Assembly (NCBI GenBank): GCA_963737635.1 | Contig: CAVTTL010000001.1 | Coordinates: 1,248,001-1,312,000, forward strand | Direction: 5' to 3' | DNA length: 64,000 nt | Source of the DNA: an uncultured Methanoregulaceae archaeon | Lineage (GTDB): Archaea; Halobacteriota; Methanomicrobia; Methanomicrobiales; Methanospirillaceae | In this document: in pieces, positions 1 through 9,696 of the stretch | Numbering within the stretch: the stretch's first letter is position 1 | How the letters are laid out: the number at the start of each line of letters is the position of its first letter | The notes under the pieces: model-generated | The model's database searches: none | Told to the model about the DNA's origin: nothing | Seen by the model: the letters and a program-made list of their open reading frames with translations, nothing else | Made by a program: the position numbers and the translations under genes

Positions 1-188
1 ACCGGGGGGCCGGCATCCTGCTTCACGCAAAAAAAGGAAAACTTATCAAGGCAGGTGAACCTCTTTTTACGATCTACGCCGACAGGGAGTGGCGGCTCCA
101 GAAGGCAGTTGAAGAGGGGCGCCATCTCGTACCGGTGATAGTAGAAGGAATGCTCCTGGACCGGGTACCTTCCCTGTCTGAACTCTGA
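1..188 (+). CDS. AMP phosphorylase (thymidine phosphorylase family), C-terminal end only
   Basis: Frame 3 reads [32 protein letters not shown]...SEL*, the typical C-terminal domain of AMP/thymidine phosphorylases; the gene starts before the window. Confidence 0.75.
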   Translation, partial: RGAGILLHAKKGKLIKAGEPLFTIYADREWRLQKAVEEGRHLVPVIVEGMLLDRVPSLSEL

Positions 189-247
189 TGATGAGGAGAT
201 ATCAAGAACCGATGGGATAAAATACGAGCAGGAGAGGATAATTTACT

Positions 248-1636
248 ATGTATCCATCTCGTTTTCGTTTCCTTTTTGCGCTGCTCTGCGTTCTCGCTTT
301 CTGCAGCGCAGTACAGGCGACGAACCTGCTGATCACGGTGCAGGACAGTCTAGACAACACAACCATTTCCCACGCCACGGTTTACCTAGACGGGACCAAT
401 GTCGGTCTGACTAACAACGCTGGTCAGTTCCTGCTCCAGTCGGGCCAAGGAGATCTCGACCTCATTATTACCATGGATGGTTATAATGACTGGACGGGAA
501 CCGTGGGTGGAAATGTCACAAACCTTTCAGTAACATTGACCCGCAAAACCCTGTACCTGAATGTCTCTCTCTTTGATTCCAATACGCTCGAACCGGTATC
601 CGGGGCGAACTTATTTTTAACATCTGAAAACTCCACCCAGGACGCTACTTCAGATACAACGGGTTCTGCAACATTCGGTGTAACCGCCTATACCTATTAT
701 ACCCTCAATATCACGGCAGCAAACTACCAGCCCCGAAGCGCGACGATTGAGATCGCCGCAGAAAACCAGAATGTTCAGTACTGGCTGTTGTCTGAAAACC
801 AGTATTCTTTTGTTGTCAAGGATCAGAACAGCTTTGCTCCGGTAGCCGGTGCAAGCATCAGCGTTAATTCGGTGCTCTTGGGAATGACCGATTCACGCGG
901 TATCCTGATTGCGCCTATAACCCGGAACACTCCGGTTACAATTCAGATAACCAAGACGGGGTACCAAACAGAAAATCAGGTGCTCACTATCAGTACAAAT
1001 GAAGCAGTGGACTCTATTAGCCTCACTCCGGTTCCGGTCAGCGGCTCTATTTTAGTGTTCGATCAGCAGAACCAGCCCATCAGTGGTGCCGATGTCTCTC
1101 TTAACGGCACGGTCGTGGCTACCACAACGCAATATGGCCGTGCTATGCTCCAGAACCTCATTCCCGGCGACTATGCCATCGTGGTGAGCAAGACCGGTTA
1201 CACACCGGTAAGCGAGCAGATCGATATCGTTAATGAGTCCAGTGAATTCCCGCTGGTTCTCTCACTGGCTTCGGTGGAACAGACCCTCTTTGTTCAGGAT
1301 TCCGATCAGAAAAACATTGCCGGAGCCACCGTTCTTCTAAACGGTGCTGTTGCAGGAACCACCGATCCTCATGGCGAGCTGGACACTCAACTCACCTATA
1401 ACACATCCTATAATATCACGGTGACCCAGGATGGATACCTGCCCCAGATGGTCCAGCAGGAAGTTCCTGTCGGGAATACCACGAGTCCTCTTACCATCAC
1501 ACTTCAAAAGAATACAGACTGGGGATTTGTGACTCTTGTCGGAGTCGGTATCCTGATCGTGCTCTTCATATATGCAGTCATCCGGCTGGCAGGGCGCAGG
1601 AACCGGCATCATGTAGTAAAGCGAAACGAAATCTGA
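248..1636 (+). CDS. Secreted, membrane-anchored surface protein with tandem PEGA/carboxypeptidase-regulatory-like beta domains
   Basis: N-terminal signal peptide; repeated GAxVxLNG..G.T...G and I.K.GY units; many N-x-S/T sequons; C-terminal TM helix followed by a basic tail. Confidence 0.75.
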   Translation: MYPSRFRFLFALLCVLAFCSAVQATNLLITVQDSLDNTTISHATVYLDGTNVGLTNNAGQFLLQSGQGDLDLIITMDGYNDWTGTVGGNVTNLSVTLTRKTLYLNVSLFDSNTLEPVSGANLFLTSENSTQDATSDTTGSATFGVTAYTYYTLNITAANYQPRSATIEIAAENQNVQYWLLSENQYSFVVKDQNSFAPVAGASISVNSVLLGMTDSRGILIAPITRNTPVTIQITKTGYQTENQVLTISTNEAVDSISLTPVPVSGSILVFDQQNQPISGADVSLNGTVVATTTQYGRAMLQNLIPGDYAIVVSKTGYTPVSEQIDIVNESSEFPLVLSLASVEQTLFVQDSDQKNIAGATVLLNGAVAGTTDPHGELDTQLTYNTSYNITVTQDGYLPQMVQQEVPVGNTTSPLTITLQKNTDWGFVTLVGVGILIVLFIYAVIRLAGRRNRHHVVKRNEI

Positions 1637-1754
1637 CGGATACGCGATACAAATCTTATTTTTTTCTAGAAAAGAGCATGGGTCACCGGTACAACAATGC
1701 ACGCGTCCCGAAATAGGATATTTCCCCGGACACGGTAACCGGTTCTACCAAAAA

Positions 1755-1826
1755 CGGACCCAGCGGGAATCGAACCCGCGTCCTTGGGTTCGAAGCCCAA
1801 GAGGATGTCCTCTACCCCATGGATCC
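1755..1826 (-). tRNA. tRNA-Arg (anticodon UCG)
   Basis: Reverse complement folds as a cloverleaf: acceptor GGATCCA/TGGGTCC, anticodon arm TTGGG-CT TCG AA-CCCAA, T-loop GGTTCGATTCC; no encoded CCA. Confidence 0.95.
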
Positions 1827-1882
1827 TTCCCAACCTATTTCCATCAAAAGATATTAAGCATTCTCTACCGATAGAGTACTGA

Positions 1883-2325
1883 ATGATACTGTCTGCCCAG
1901 GAGATTACCCGCCGGCTTTGCAGCAAAAAAGCACAGGAAACGTTAAAAATCGATCCCTATGCACCGGAATGTCAGCAGCCAGCATCCTATGATCTTCGTG
2001 CTGCCGAAGATGGCCTTCTTGCCCGGGGCATGTGTACGCTCGTACCGAGTATGGAATGGGTCGAGCTCCCCCGGATGTTGCCGGCACACTTCGCTGCCGG
2101 TCTTCGTTTGGCCGGAGAGGGGTATTAATGGGTGCGGGTTTTATTGACCCGGGATTCCGGGGCCAGCTGACTCTCTGCCTGACAAATATGGGACCACATG
2201 ATATCGAGCTCCACCGGTCTGAACGTCTAGTACAAATGATCCTGCACGAAGTAAAGAACGGAAATGAACGATATAACGGGAGATATCAGGACAGCACCGG
2301 GGCGGTAGGGGCAAAAGAGTCATGA
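1883..2325 (+). CDS. dcd: dCTP deaminase family protein (one apparent frameshift at the C-run ~2068-2072, probably a sequencing error)
   Basis: MILSAQEI...QPASYDLR in one frame continues as RSSFGRRG...GFIDPGFRGQLTL...YNGRYQ in the next. Confidence 0.85.
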
Positions 2326-3275
2326 TACGTACGGAACGAAAGTATATCGAGATCCTGCGCATCTTAAAGGAGCACCGTGATCCAGTCGGTGCGAAGCGGC
2401 TTTCGGAACTGATGGCAGAACGCGGTTTTGTTCTGAGCGACCGGGCAGTTCAGTATTATCTCAGTTACTTGGACTCGATGGGTTTTACCGAGAAGATAGG
2501 GAATCAGGGCCGGATCCTGACACCCGCCGGTGTCCTCGAGACTGATAATGCCCTTGTTGATGACCGGATCGGATTTATTATCTCCAAACTTGAACGCCTT
2601 GCGTACCGGAGTACGTTTGATCCCGTAACCGGGACGGGAGATGTGGCGTACAATCTTTCCTTTATCCGTAAGGAAGATCTCGACCGTGCACTCCCGGCAT
2701 TTGATGAAGTTATCCGGGCCGGGTGCGGGTTCTTTAACGCTTACAGAATTCTCGATCAGGATCCCCGGGTGCCTCAGAATTGTGTCGGAGTAGTCACCCT
2801 GTGTAGTATCACCATGGACGGCGTTTTCCAGAGGAATGGTATTCCCGTGAGGATGGCGTATGGTGGGAGGCTGGAGATCGAGAATAACATACCCCGGCGA
2901 TTCCACGACCTGATAGGATACCGTGGAACGACTATCGATCCTCTCGAACTTTTCATCTCATCGGGCCTGACCTCGATCCACGACTTTGCCAGAACCAAGA
3001 CCGGTATCGCTCTTGCAAACGTCCGCGAAGTCCCCGATTCTGCACGCAGTGAGGTGGAAGAAACGATCCGGAAGATGAACGATTGTGGTTTTGTCTATCC
3101 GGTTACGATGGGTAACCAGGTATTCAACCTACCGGACAATCCCTATCGTCTCTCAATTGTCGCGTACAGCGGGCTCAACCATATCGGAAACTGTGTTGAA
3201 CAGGGCATTTCTATCCGGACTGAGATCGGAGCCGGGAACATTCCCTTCTCAAAAGTGGCAGAGAGCAATCGCTGA
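2322..3275 (+). CDS. nrpR: NrpR-family nitrogen regulator (winged HTH plus one NrpR regulatory domain, NrpRI-like)
   Basis: N-terminal EILRIL..GAKRLS..DRAVQYYL wHTH; TLCSITMDG and YRGTTIDPLE NRD motifs; ATGA overlap with dcd. Confidence 0.8.
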   Translation: MIRTERKYIEILRILKEHRDPVGAKRLSELMAERGFVLSDRAVQYYLSYLDSMGFTEKIGNQGRILTPAGVLETDNALVDDRIGFIISKLERLAYRSTFDPVTGTGDVAYNLSFIRKEDLDRALPAFDEVIRAGCGFFNAYRILDQDPRVPQNCVGVVTLCSITMDGVFQRNGIPVRMAYGGRLEIENNIPRRFHDLIGYRGTTIDPLELFISSGLTSIHDFARTKTGIALANVREVPDSARSEVEETIRKMNDCGFVYPVTMGNQVFNLPDNPYRLSIVAYSGLNHIGNCVEQGISIRTEIGAGNIPFSKVAESNR

Positions 3276-3282
3276 TTTAGAA

Positions 3283-5574
3283 CTATTCATCGTCCTGTAT
3301 CGACATTTTTCCGCTTCTCTTCTTAGAAAGCGGGGAGACATTCCTCTGCTCTTCGGAAGCGTCCTCTTCTTCTGAGTCGGTCTTGGCTTTTTTTGTTCTG
3401 ATCTCCGTATGAAGAAGTGCCCCGTCTTTTACCCGCAGGGGCTCTTTAAGCGAGACAGATTTTCCCAGGAATATATCATCACGTGCCGGCTGGAGACGAT
3501 TCCTGATACCGAGTTTCACCTCTTCTTGAGACGGGGTTATTGAGGATCTTTTCAGTTCTATGGCAGGTTCAAGTTCTTCCTGGCGCGAAGGGCCTTTAGG
3601 AGTGGCGGACTCCTGGTACACAAATTCCCTACCGGTCCCTGTCTCTTTTTTCCTTTGCCGGATAATTGTTTTCTCGGTCTTTGCTGGCGCCGGTTCGGAA
3701 GGAGAGGTCGGCCTCTGAACTGGTGTCCTTGAAGTAACTCTTGCAATAATAGTTTTTGTTTCCGGCTGTTTGGCGATCCGGGACTGCACCGGGAATGCCT
3801 GAGTATTCCTGTCGTAAGAAATCGCGGATTTTATGATTTCCTTGCGTTCCTGCAGATCCCGCTCAATTGCCAGGTGATCCGGGTTTCTTTCTTTTACATA
3901 GACGTGTTTCAGTGGAAGGTTTCCTTCATAGCCCGATTCGAGCGATCTCCTCGCCGGTCGCCGTATTTCCTGTCCGGACGGCACGATACTCTGCTCTTTC
4001 GTTTGCCGGGGATAGACATCCTCCTCACGCTTTTCCGGAGACGCGATCAGCGGCTCTCTTTGTGAGATAACCTGTCTGCCGAGGAATTTGTGTTCCTCAG
4101 GACGGGAATGGATCTTTGTCGCCGAACTCCTCGTTTCTTCGAGAATGCGTGGCCGCACAACATCCTTGCGCGAATCGTCAGGTTCCATGGAATGGGTTGC
4201 CCGGATCGATGCCGGGAGAATATCCGGGTACTGGTCGGCCTCATAATCAGAGGAATGGAGCGAACTTCTCTTTTTGGGATTCTTCTCTGGGATATTGATC
4301 ATAACATCCCTGAGCTTTGTTCCGCTTGGAGCCGCCTTATTCTCAGGTTCACCGGAGTTTCGGATTTGTCCCTCTGGCTGGAGATTGAGTGACGATAAGG
4401 ATTCCCGAGGGACACCACCCCGGCTCTGATCCCGGATCTCCCGGATCTCGGTGATCCTAGGGATGTTTTCAAGTCCGCTCAAGACCACGATAATTGCCAC
4501 GTTTTCCGAGTTGGTGACCGGATAATCCCCGGATCTCATCTCCATACCTGCTATACTGCGGTCGATCCATTTACGGACCGTCATGAACCCTTTCATCGAT
4601 ATCTCGTGAGAAGGACCAGCCACGAGAATCAACGCCTTTGCGGCGCTGGTCATATCGCAGGGAATTGAGACCTCCTGGTAGATGGCTTTTTTTGCAAGAT
4701 CGATAATCCGTTCTGCACTCTTCCTCTGTTCCGCGGAAGTATCTGGCGTGTGTAATCGCGAGAGAAATGCGAGTGGGCTCTGGGACAGGTGCTCCACGGC
4801 ATACCCGATTGAGATAAAACCCATCCCATTAATGGTGTTAAGCACTTCGCTTGAATCCATCACGACTTCAGCGAGATCGATGCCTCCATCTGCCCGGAAC
4901 TCCCCGGCCCGCAGGATGAGGCTTATCCTCCGGATTATGCTCTGGTTCAGGAGTTTATAGGTGATCTCCTGGGCAGAGGGTTTTGGCTTGTTCCTTCCCA
5001 GTCCAAAGAGTCCGGGCCCCTTAGAGAGATCTTCGAGCAGCTGATCACGCCGGGCCGCGATCTTTTTTAACCAGGTCTCGTTATCAAACAGGATTGTCCC
5101 GTCGAGCAGGGGAGTGATGTTATCGACATCGTCTGCTGCTTTCGCCGACCTCCTTTCTCCCTCAGAAAGGGCAGGCAAGGTAACCAGGCCAAATATCGGC
5201 TCGGTCGTTGAAGCCTTCAGAGCGTATATAAGCTGCGGCACCGCATCCGTCATTCTGCCGCCCATACCTAAACAGAGCAGGATCGCGTCGGTTTCACATC
5301 TCTCCATATTTTGGATGCGTGACATAATCCCTGCCGTATCAATGGTTACGGGCCGGGAAGAGCCGGACCCCTGGCGAGAAATATCTGGTTCAAATTCGGT
5401 AAAATCGATCTTAGCCCGTTCGGGGAGCACTCGCAGCTGTGCCAGTGCATCGCTATCAATATCGACAGCGAGCGCCTGAACACAGGTGACCTTACTGCTT
5501 TTCCTGTCATTGGCATAAAGGGCCTCCGCTATCCGGCAGCCGGCGCCTCCCATGCCAATTGCAAGTACTCTCAT
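3283..5574 (-). CDS. Divergent tubulin/FtsZ-superfamily (CetZ-like) protein with a ~390-aa low-complexity C-terminal tail
   Basis: IGMGGAGCRIA (T1), ILFDNE, VVMDSSEVLNT (T7-like), MRSGDYP; the T4 GGGTGSG motif is replaced by GMGGRMTD. Confidence 0.8.
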   Translation of the reverse strand: MRVLAIGMGGAGCRIAEALYANDRKSSKVTCVQALAVDIDSDALAQLRVLPERAKIDFTEFEPDISRQGSGSSRPVTIDTAGIMSRIQNMERCETDAILLCLGMGGRMTDAVPQLIYALKASTTEPIFGLVTLPALSEGERRSAKAADDVDNITPLLDGTILFDNETWLKKIAARRDQLLEDLSKGPGLFGLGRNKPKPSAQEITYKLLNQSIIRRISLILRAGEFRADGGIDLAEVVMDSSEVLNTINGMGFISIGYAVEHLSQSPLAFLSRLHTPDTSAEQRKSAERIIDLAKKAIYQEVSIPCDMTSAAKALILVAGPSHEISMKGFMTVRKWIDRSIAGMEMRSGDYPVTNSENVAIIVVLSGLENIPRITEIREIRDQSRGGVPRESLSSLNLQPEGQIRNSGEPENKAAPSGTKLRDVMINIPEKNPKKRSSLHSSDYEADQYPDILPASIRATHSMEPDDSRKDVVRPRILEETRSSATKIHSRPEEHKFLGRQVISQREPLIASPEKREEDVYPRQTKEQSIVPSGQEIRRPARRSLESGYEGNLPLKHVYVKERNPDHLAIERDLQERKEIIKSAISYDRNTQAFPVQSRIAKQPETKTIIARVTSRTPVQRPTSPSEPAPAKTEKTIIRQRKKETGTGREFVYQESATPKGPSRQEELEPAIELKRSSITPSQEEVKLGIRNRLQPARDDIFLGKSVSLKEPLRVKDGALLHTEIRTKKAKTDSEEEDASEEQRNVSPLSKKRSGKMSIQDDE

Positions 5575-5883
5575 GATCTCTCTTCAGGGAACCGGATAGG
5601 TACCCTTTAAACAACTGATTAATTATTCTCTCCTGAAGTTCAATATCTTATAGGATATACCATTTAAAAATGTGTACCGGTGATTTCCGGTCAGATCTCC
5701 GCTGATAACGAGCTAGGCTTCCCCGGCAGTTGGGCTGGCAAAGCCGTAATCGCGGTTTGAATATCGCCATCATCCTGCGTTTTTCCCGGATTGGTCCCCC
5801 ATTTCCGGACCATAATTCTGAAATGTCCTGTATCGGGCGCGAATCCGTGTCGCATATCCCCCGGGCCCAGCGTTAAATGATAA

Positions 5884-5922
5884 TTTATTTAAATGGGCGG
5901 ACGGTAATACTCCATGAGGTGA
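5884..5922 (+). promoter_or_regulatory. Putative TATA box and RBS for mer
   Basis: TTTATTTAAA at 5884-5893; GAGGTGA at 5916-5922 before the TTG start. Confidence 0.55.
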
Positions 5923-5929
5923 ACAAGCC

Positions 5930-6916
5930 TTGACATATGGAATTGAATTTGTACCCGGGAATGTCAATGTAAAGCAGGTTGTAAACTTCTGCAGACTTGC
6001 TGAATCCAAGGATATTGACTATGCATGGATAACCAACCACTATAACAACCGCCACTGCTATGCAGTCCTCGCGGCAGTAGCACAGGCGACCACCACCCTG
6101 AAGATGGGCCCGGGCATCATGAACTCGTTTACTGACACCCCGGCTGCAATGGCCTCGTTTATGTGCACTCTCAACGAAATCTCCGATGGACGTGCGGTGC
6201 TGGGTATCGGACCCGGTGACCTTTCTACCCTTCCGAAGATTGCAATCCAGCCCGAGAAACCCGTTGCCCGGCTCGAAGAAGCAATCACGCAGATCCGTAA
6301 GCTCTGTGCCGGAGAAGAAATTAAAAAGTCTGGCATGAAGTTCTTTGATTACGACGGTGCGAAGCTGACTGGTGTCACGCTCCCCGGCAAGAAGAGTATT
6401 CCGGTGTACGTTGGTGCACAGGGTCCCAAGGTTCTTGAACTCGCCGGAAAAGTCGGTGATGGTGCCCTCATTAATGCATCCAACCCCAAGGACTTCCAGG
6501 TTGCCATTCCGATCATCAAGAAGGCGTGTGATGCAGCCGGAAAGAAGAGCTTCGACATCGGTGCATATACCGCCATGTCCATTGACAAGAGTGAAAAGAA
6601 GGCACGCAATGCAGCAAAGATCGTCGCCGCCTTCATTGCAGCAGGTTCTCCGCCGGAACTCCTGACCCGCCACGGTCTTGACCTCAACAATGTCGCCAAG
6701 ATCAAGGCAGCACTCGGCAAGTTCGACTTCAAAACGGTTGGAGAGCTTGTGGGAGACAAGGAGATCGATGCGTTCACCATTGCAGGTACTCCTGAAATGG
6801 TCAAGGCAAAGTGCGACGACCTTACAAAGGCCGGCGTTACCCAGATCATCTTTGGTTCACCACTCGGTCCCGACATGACTACATCTATCCGCCTCCTCGG
6901 CAAGTATATCGTTTGA
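5930..6916 (+). CDS. mer: F420-dependent methylene-H4MPT reductase
   Basis: YGIEFVP, WITNHYNNR, GRAVLGIGPGD, GAQGPK, IIFGSPLGP motifs; TTG start with RBS. Confidence 0.97.
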   Translation: MTYGIEFVPGNVNVKQVVNFCRLAESKDIDYAWITNHYNNRHCYAVLAAVAQATTTLKMGPGIMNSFTDTPAAMASFMCTLNEISDGRAVLGIGPGDLSTLPKIAIQPEKPVARLEEAITQIRKLCAGEEIKKSGMKFFDYDGAKLTGVTLPGKKSIPVYVGAQGPKVLELAGKVGDGALINASNPKDFQVAIPIIKKACDAAGKKSFDIGAYTAMSIDKSEKKARNAAKIVAAFIAAGSPPELLTRHGLDLNNVAKIKAALGKFDFKTVGELVGDKEIDAFTIAGTPEMVKAKCDDLTKAGVTQIIFGSPLGPDMTTSIRLLGKYIV

Positions 6917-6928
6917 GCAGATCGCGAT

Positions 6929-6997
6929 TCTGCCGCAAAATACCCGCCGAAACAAGCCCCAAATGGGGCCTGTTGGCAGATAGTAAATCTTTTTTTT
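6929..6997 (+). terminator. Hairpin plus oligo-T after mer
   Basis: TCTGCC...GCCCC-AAAT-GGGGC...GGCAGA followed by a T-run. Confidence 0.5.
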
Positions 6998-7118
6998 CCC
7001 CTTTTCCTTTCGATGGTGTTCCCTGTCAGACCGGTTGTTTTATAGTATCTCGTCCCGATAGAACGTGGCGTGCAAATGTCTATGTGGTCCCCGGAAGCAC
7101 TCTATTCAGGAGAGGGAC

Positions 7119-8045
7119 ATGTTTACCGTAACTGACGTTGCCACCGGACAGGGAACATTACAGTACCGTGAAGAAAACCTGACCGGGCTAAGATGTAGGA
7201 TCAGTCCCGAAAGGCTCAAGCGACGCATCGATCAGCCTCTTTCCCTTTCCGGAGAATCTGCCGGCTGTCCGTTCTGCCCGGAAAATGTCTTTTCCGTTAC
7301 CCCGACCTTTCCGGATGGATCCCGCATTGTACGTGGGGAAAGTGTGACGTTTCCCAACATGTTCCCGTTTGCTGCATGGCACACAGTGACGGTGATCACG
7401 AGAGATCATATAGTGTCTTCCTTTACCCGGCAGCAAATTGCTGATGCTCTCCATGCACAGACCGAATCACTCCTTCGGTATAACGGGTATCCCAGCATCA
7501 ACTGGAATTACCTGCCTTCCGCAGGGGCAAGTATTATCCATCCCCATATGCAGGGAGTTGCCGATCCGCGGCCCTCATGGTTGGCGGAGCGGTACCTCGC
7601 AGCCAGTAAAGAGTTTTCTGGAGGGACCAAAAGACGGTACTGGGATGCCGTGCGGGAGCAGGAAAGGTCATCGGACCGGTATCTCTTTGGTGATGAGATT
7701 CTCTGGTCTGCCCACGCGGTACCACTCGGCGAACGCGAGGTGCGAGGGATCCTGCCGGTCAGCCGGCTGGATGAGCTGGAAAACTATATTGAACCTCTTG
7801 CAGAAGGAATTCTTGAAATACTTGCACTCTACCAGAAACTGGGAACATATGCATTCAATATGGCCATCTTCTTTAGCAGGGAAAAAACAGACGATTTCTC
7901 TGCATTCTGCTCTCTGATCTCCCGGATCAACCCAAACCCCCTGTCAACGAGCGATTCGGCATTCATGGAACGTCTCCATAACGAACCTGTGATCCTGACC
8001 CTGCCCGAAGATCTCGGGCGGTACTACCGGAATGAAGGCCGGTGA
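7119..8045 (+). CDS. galT: Galactose-1-phosphate uridylyltransferase-like (HIT/GalT) protein
   Basis: CPFCP zinc motif, FPNMFPF, NYLPSAGASIIHPHMQ (HxHxQ); ATG after GGAGAGGG. Confidence 0.8.
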   Translation: MFTVTDVATGQGTLQYREENLTGLRCRISPERLKRRIDQPLSLSGESAGCPFCPENVFSVTPTFPDGSRIVRGESVTFPNMFPFAAWHTVTVITRDHIVSSFTRQQIADALHAQTESLLRYNGYPSINWNYLPSAGASIIHPHMQGVADPRPSWLAERYLAASKEFSGGTKRRYWDAVREQERSSDRYLFGDEILWSAHAVPLGEREVRGILPVSRLDELENYIEPLAEGILEILALYQKLGTYAFNMAIFFSREKTDDFSAFCSLISRINPNPLSTSDSAFMERLHNEPVILTLPEDLGRYYRNEGR

Positions 8046-8071
8046 CCTCGTCGAAGAGTACGAAACGTAGC

Positions 8072-8098
8072 AAAAAAAAAGAAAAAAAAGTGAAAAAA
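8072..8098 (-). terminator. Oligo-T terminator of mtd
   Basis: Long A-runs on + (T-runs on -) immediately after the mtd stop. Confidence 0.55.
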
Positions 8099-8099
8099 T

Positions 8100-8942
8100 T
8101 TACTCGAATTTTGCAACGAGTTTGGTCTTGCGGACGAGCGTGCCATCCTTCTTGTGGGGCTGGCGCAGGATGCTGTCGCCTGCTTTCTCAAGCTCGCGGG
8201 CCTCGTCGCAGAGGACTGCTGCGGTTCTCATCATTTCGTGAGCGCTTGCAACGATTGGGATGTATTTCTCCCATTCCTTGGTCATGAAGCAGCCCTTGAC
8301 GTTCTGGCCTGCAACAGCAATGGCAATCTCGTGGGCAGCGCGTGCCTTTGCCAGCGCGAAGGGGTTGGTGAACTCGCCGTCGACCGCCTTATCGGTGGTC
8401 ATGATGATCTTCGGGAGCTCGATTTCAGTGCCCTTTTTGCCGGCTTTGACTTGGTCGATGACCTTGTCGAGAGCGATTTGGAGTTTGCGGAATGCACCGG
8501 TGATTGCCAGAACTTTGACGAGATTACCGTTGTAGTCGGCCATCTCGATGGGGTCGAGGAATTCGCGGCGTGCACCGATCATGGAGTCGGCCTTCATGAT
8601 GATATAGCCGAACTTGGTGTCAGCCTTGACGCCTTCCCATTCCTTCTTCGTGGTTACATCATCAGTGATGATGACCGTCGGGATACCTGCTGCAGCGAGC
8701 TGTTCGCGGGCGCCGGTCGGGCCGGGGAGAACACCGTTGGGGGAGACTACAATACAGAAGTCCGGTTTGTATGCCTTCAGGTTGGAAACGACACGGTCAA
8801 CATCTGCCGGCTCGAGTTTTGTACCACTGGTCGCCATGAATGTCTGCATGTCTTCACGGTCTGCTCTCTCGTCAAGAAGCAGCTCTGCCATTACACCACT
8901 TGCAATATTGCCTAACTTGGCAACTCCTACTTTAACAACCAT
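8100..8942 (-). CDS. mtd: F420-dependent methylene-H4MPT dehydrogenase
   Basis: [47 protein letters not shown]. Confidence 0.97.
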   Translation of the reverse strand: MVVKVGVAKLGNIASGVMAELLLDERADREDMQTFMATSGTKLEPADVDRVVSNLKAYKPDFCIVVSPNGVLPGPTGAREQLAAAGIPTVIITDDVTTKKEWEGVKADTKFGYIIMKADSMIGARREFLDPIEMADYNGNLVKVLAITGAFRKLQIALDKVIDQVKAGKKGTEIELPKIIMTTDKAVDGEFTNPFALAKARAAHEIAIAVAGQNVKGCFMTKEWEKYIPIVASAHEMMRTAAVLCDEARELEKAGDSILRQPHKKDGTLVRKTKLVAKFE

Positions 8943-8991
8943 TGAAATTCACCTCTATTTGTTTTATAACACGATATTATGACCTAGTGTT

Positions 8992-9000
8992 CTTATAAAG
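8992..9000 (-). promoter_or_regulatory. Putative TATA box for mtd
   Basis: CTTTATAAG on the - strand, ~50 nt upstream of the start. Confidence 0.45.
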
Positions 9001-9171
9001 ATTTTGAAATCAATTTTCACGCCGGATGCGCGGTTCTTTTCATGGTTTACGTCCGAACCTGTGACTTATGCGGTAAAAAAATATGTTCCGGAGGATATTG
9101 AAAATCTGCAGCATGTGTATCTTTGCGGATGACGCGATGTTAACGAAAAGTGTTTAAGTTCCCGGAATGGA

Positions 9172-9585
9172 ATGGATAGTATGAAAGATGGTCTTCTCAC
9201 CGACAGGCAGATGGAGGTACTTCGGTACCGGAAACAGGGAATGACCCAGCAGCAGATCGCAGACATCATCAGCACGTCCAAGGCGAATGTCTGTACGATT
9301 GAAAAATCTGCGATGGAAAATATCCGGCGGGCAAAAGAGACGCTTGAATTTTTGTATACCCTTGATGCTACACATCTTTGCACCATTCCTTCAGGAACAG
9401 ACCTGTTCGAAGTGCCGGGTATGATCTTTGCCGAAGCTGAAAAAGCCAAGATCAAGGTAAAATATGATACGATATCCCTTATTAACCGGCTCCGGGAAGC
9501 GCGACCCCAAGCGTACAAGGCCCGGTGCATCTGTGAAGATGTGCAGATCTATATCACAGATGAAGGGGAGATCTATTTCGGATAA
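9172..9585 (+). CDS. tfx: Tfx-family DNA-binding protein
   Basis: LTDRQMEVLRYRKQGMTQQQIADIISTSKANVCTIEKSAMENIRRAKETL, an HTH typical of Tfx. Confidence 0.85.
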   Translation: MDSMKDGLLTDRQMEVLRYRKQGMTQQQIADIISTSKANVCTIEKSAMENIRRAKETLEFLYTLDATHLCTIPSGTDLFEVPGMIFAEAEKAKIKVKYDTISLINRLREARPQAYKARCICEDVQIYITDEGEIYFG

Positions 9586-9664
9586 ATGCGCTATGCCGTT
9601 CGTTATTCCTGAACGACCCGGATGTTAAGGGACCGTAAGGAATACCGTGCCACGGAACACTGGC

Positions 9665-9675
9665 ATAAATATATA
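9665..9675 (+). promoter_or_regulatory. Putative TATA box for the long leader/ribosomal protein operon
   Basis: ATAAATATATA ~25-30 nt upstream of the first strand of the structured region. Confidence 0.55.
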
Positions 9676-9696
9676 TGCCCTTTTAATCAATAGTTA

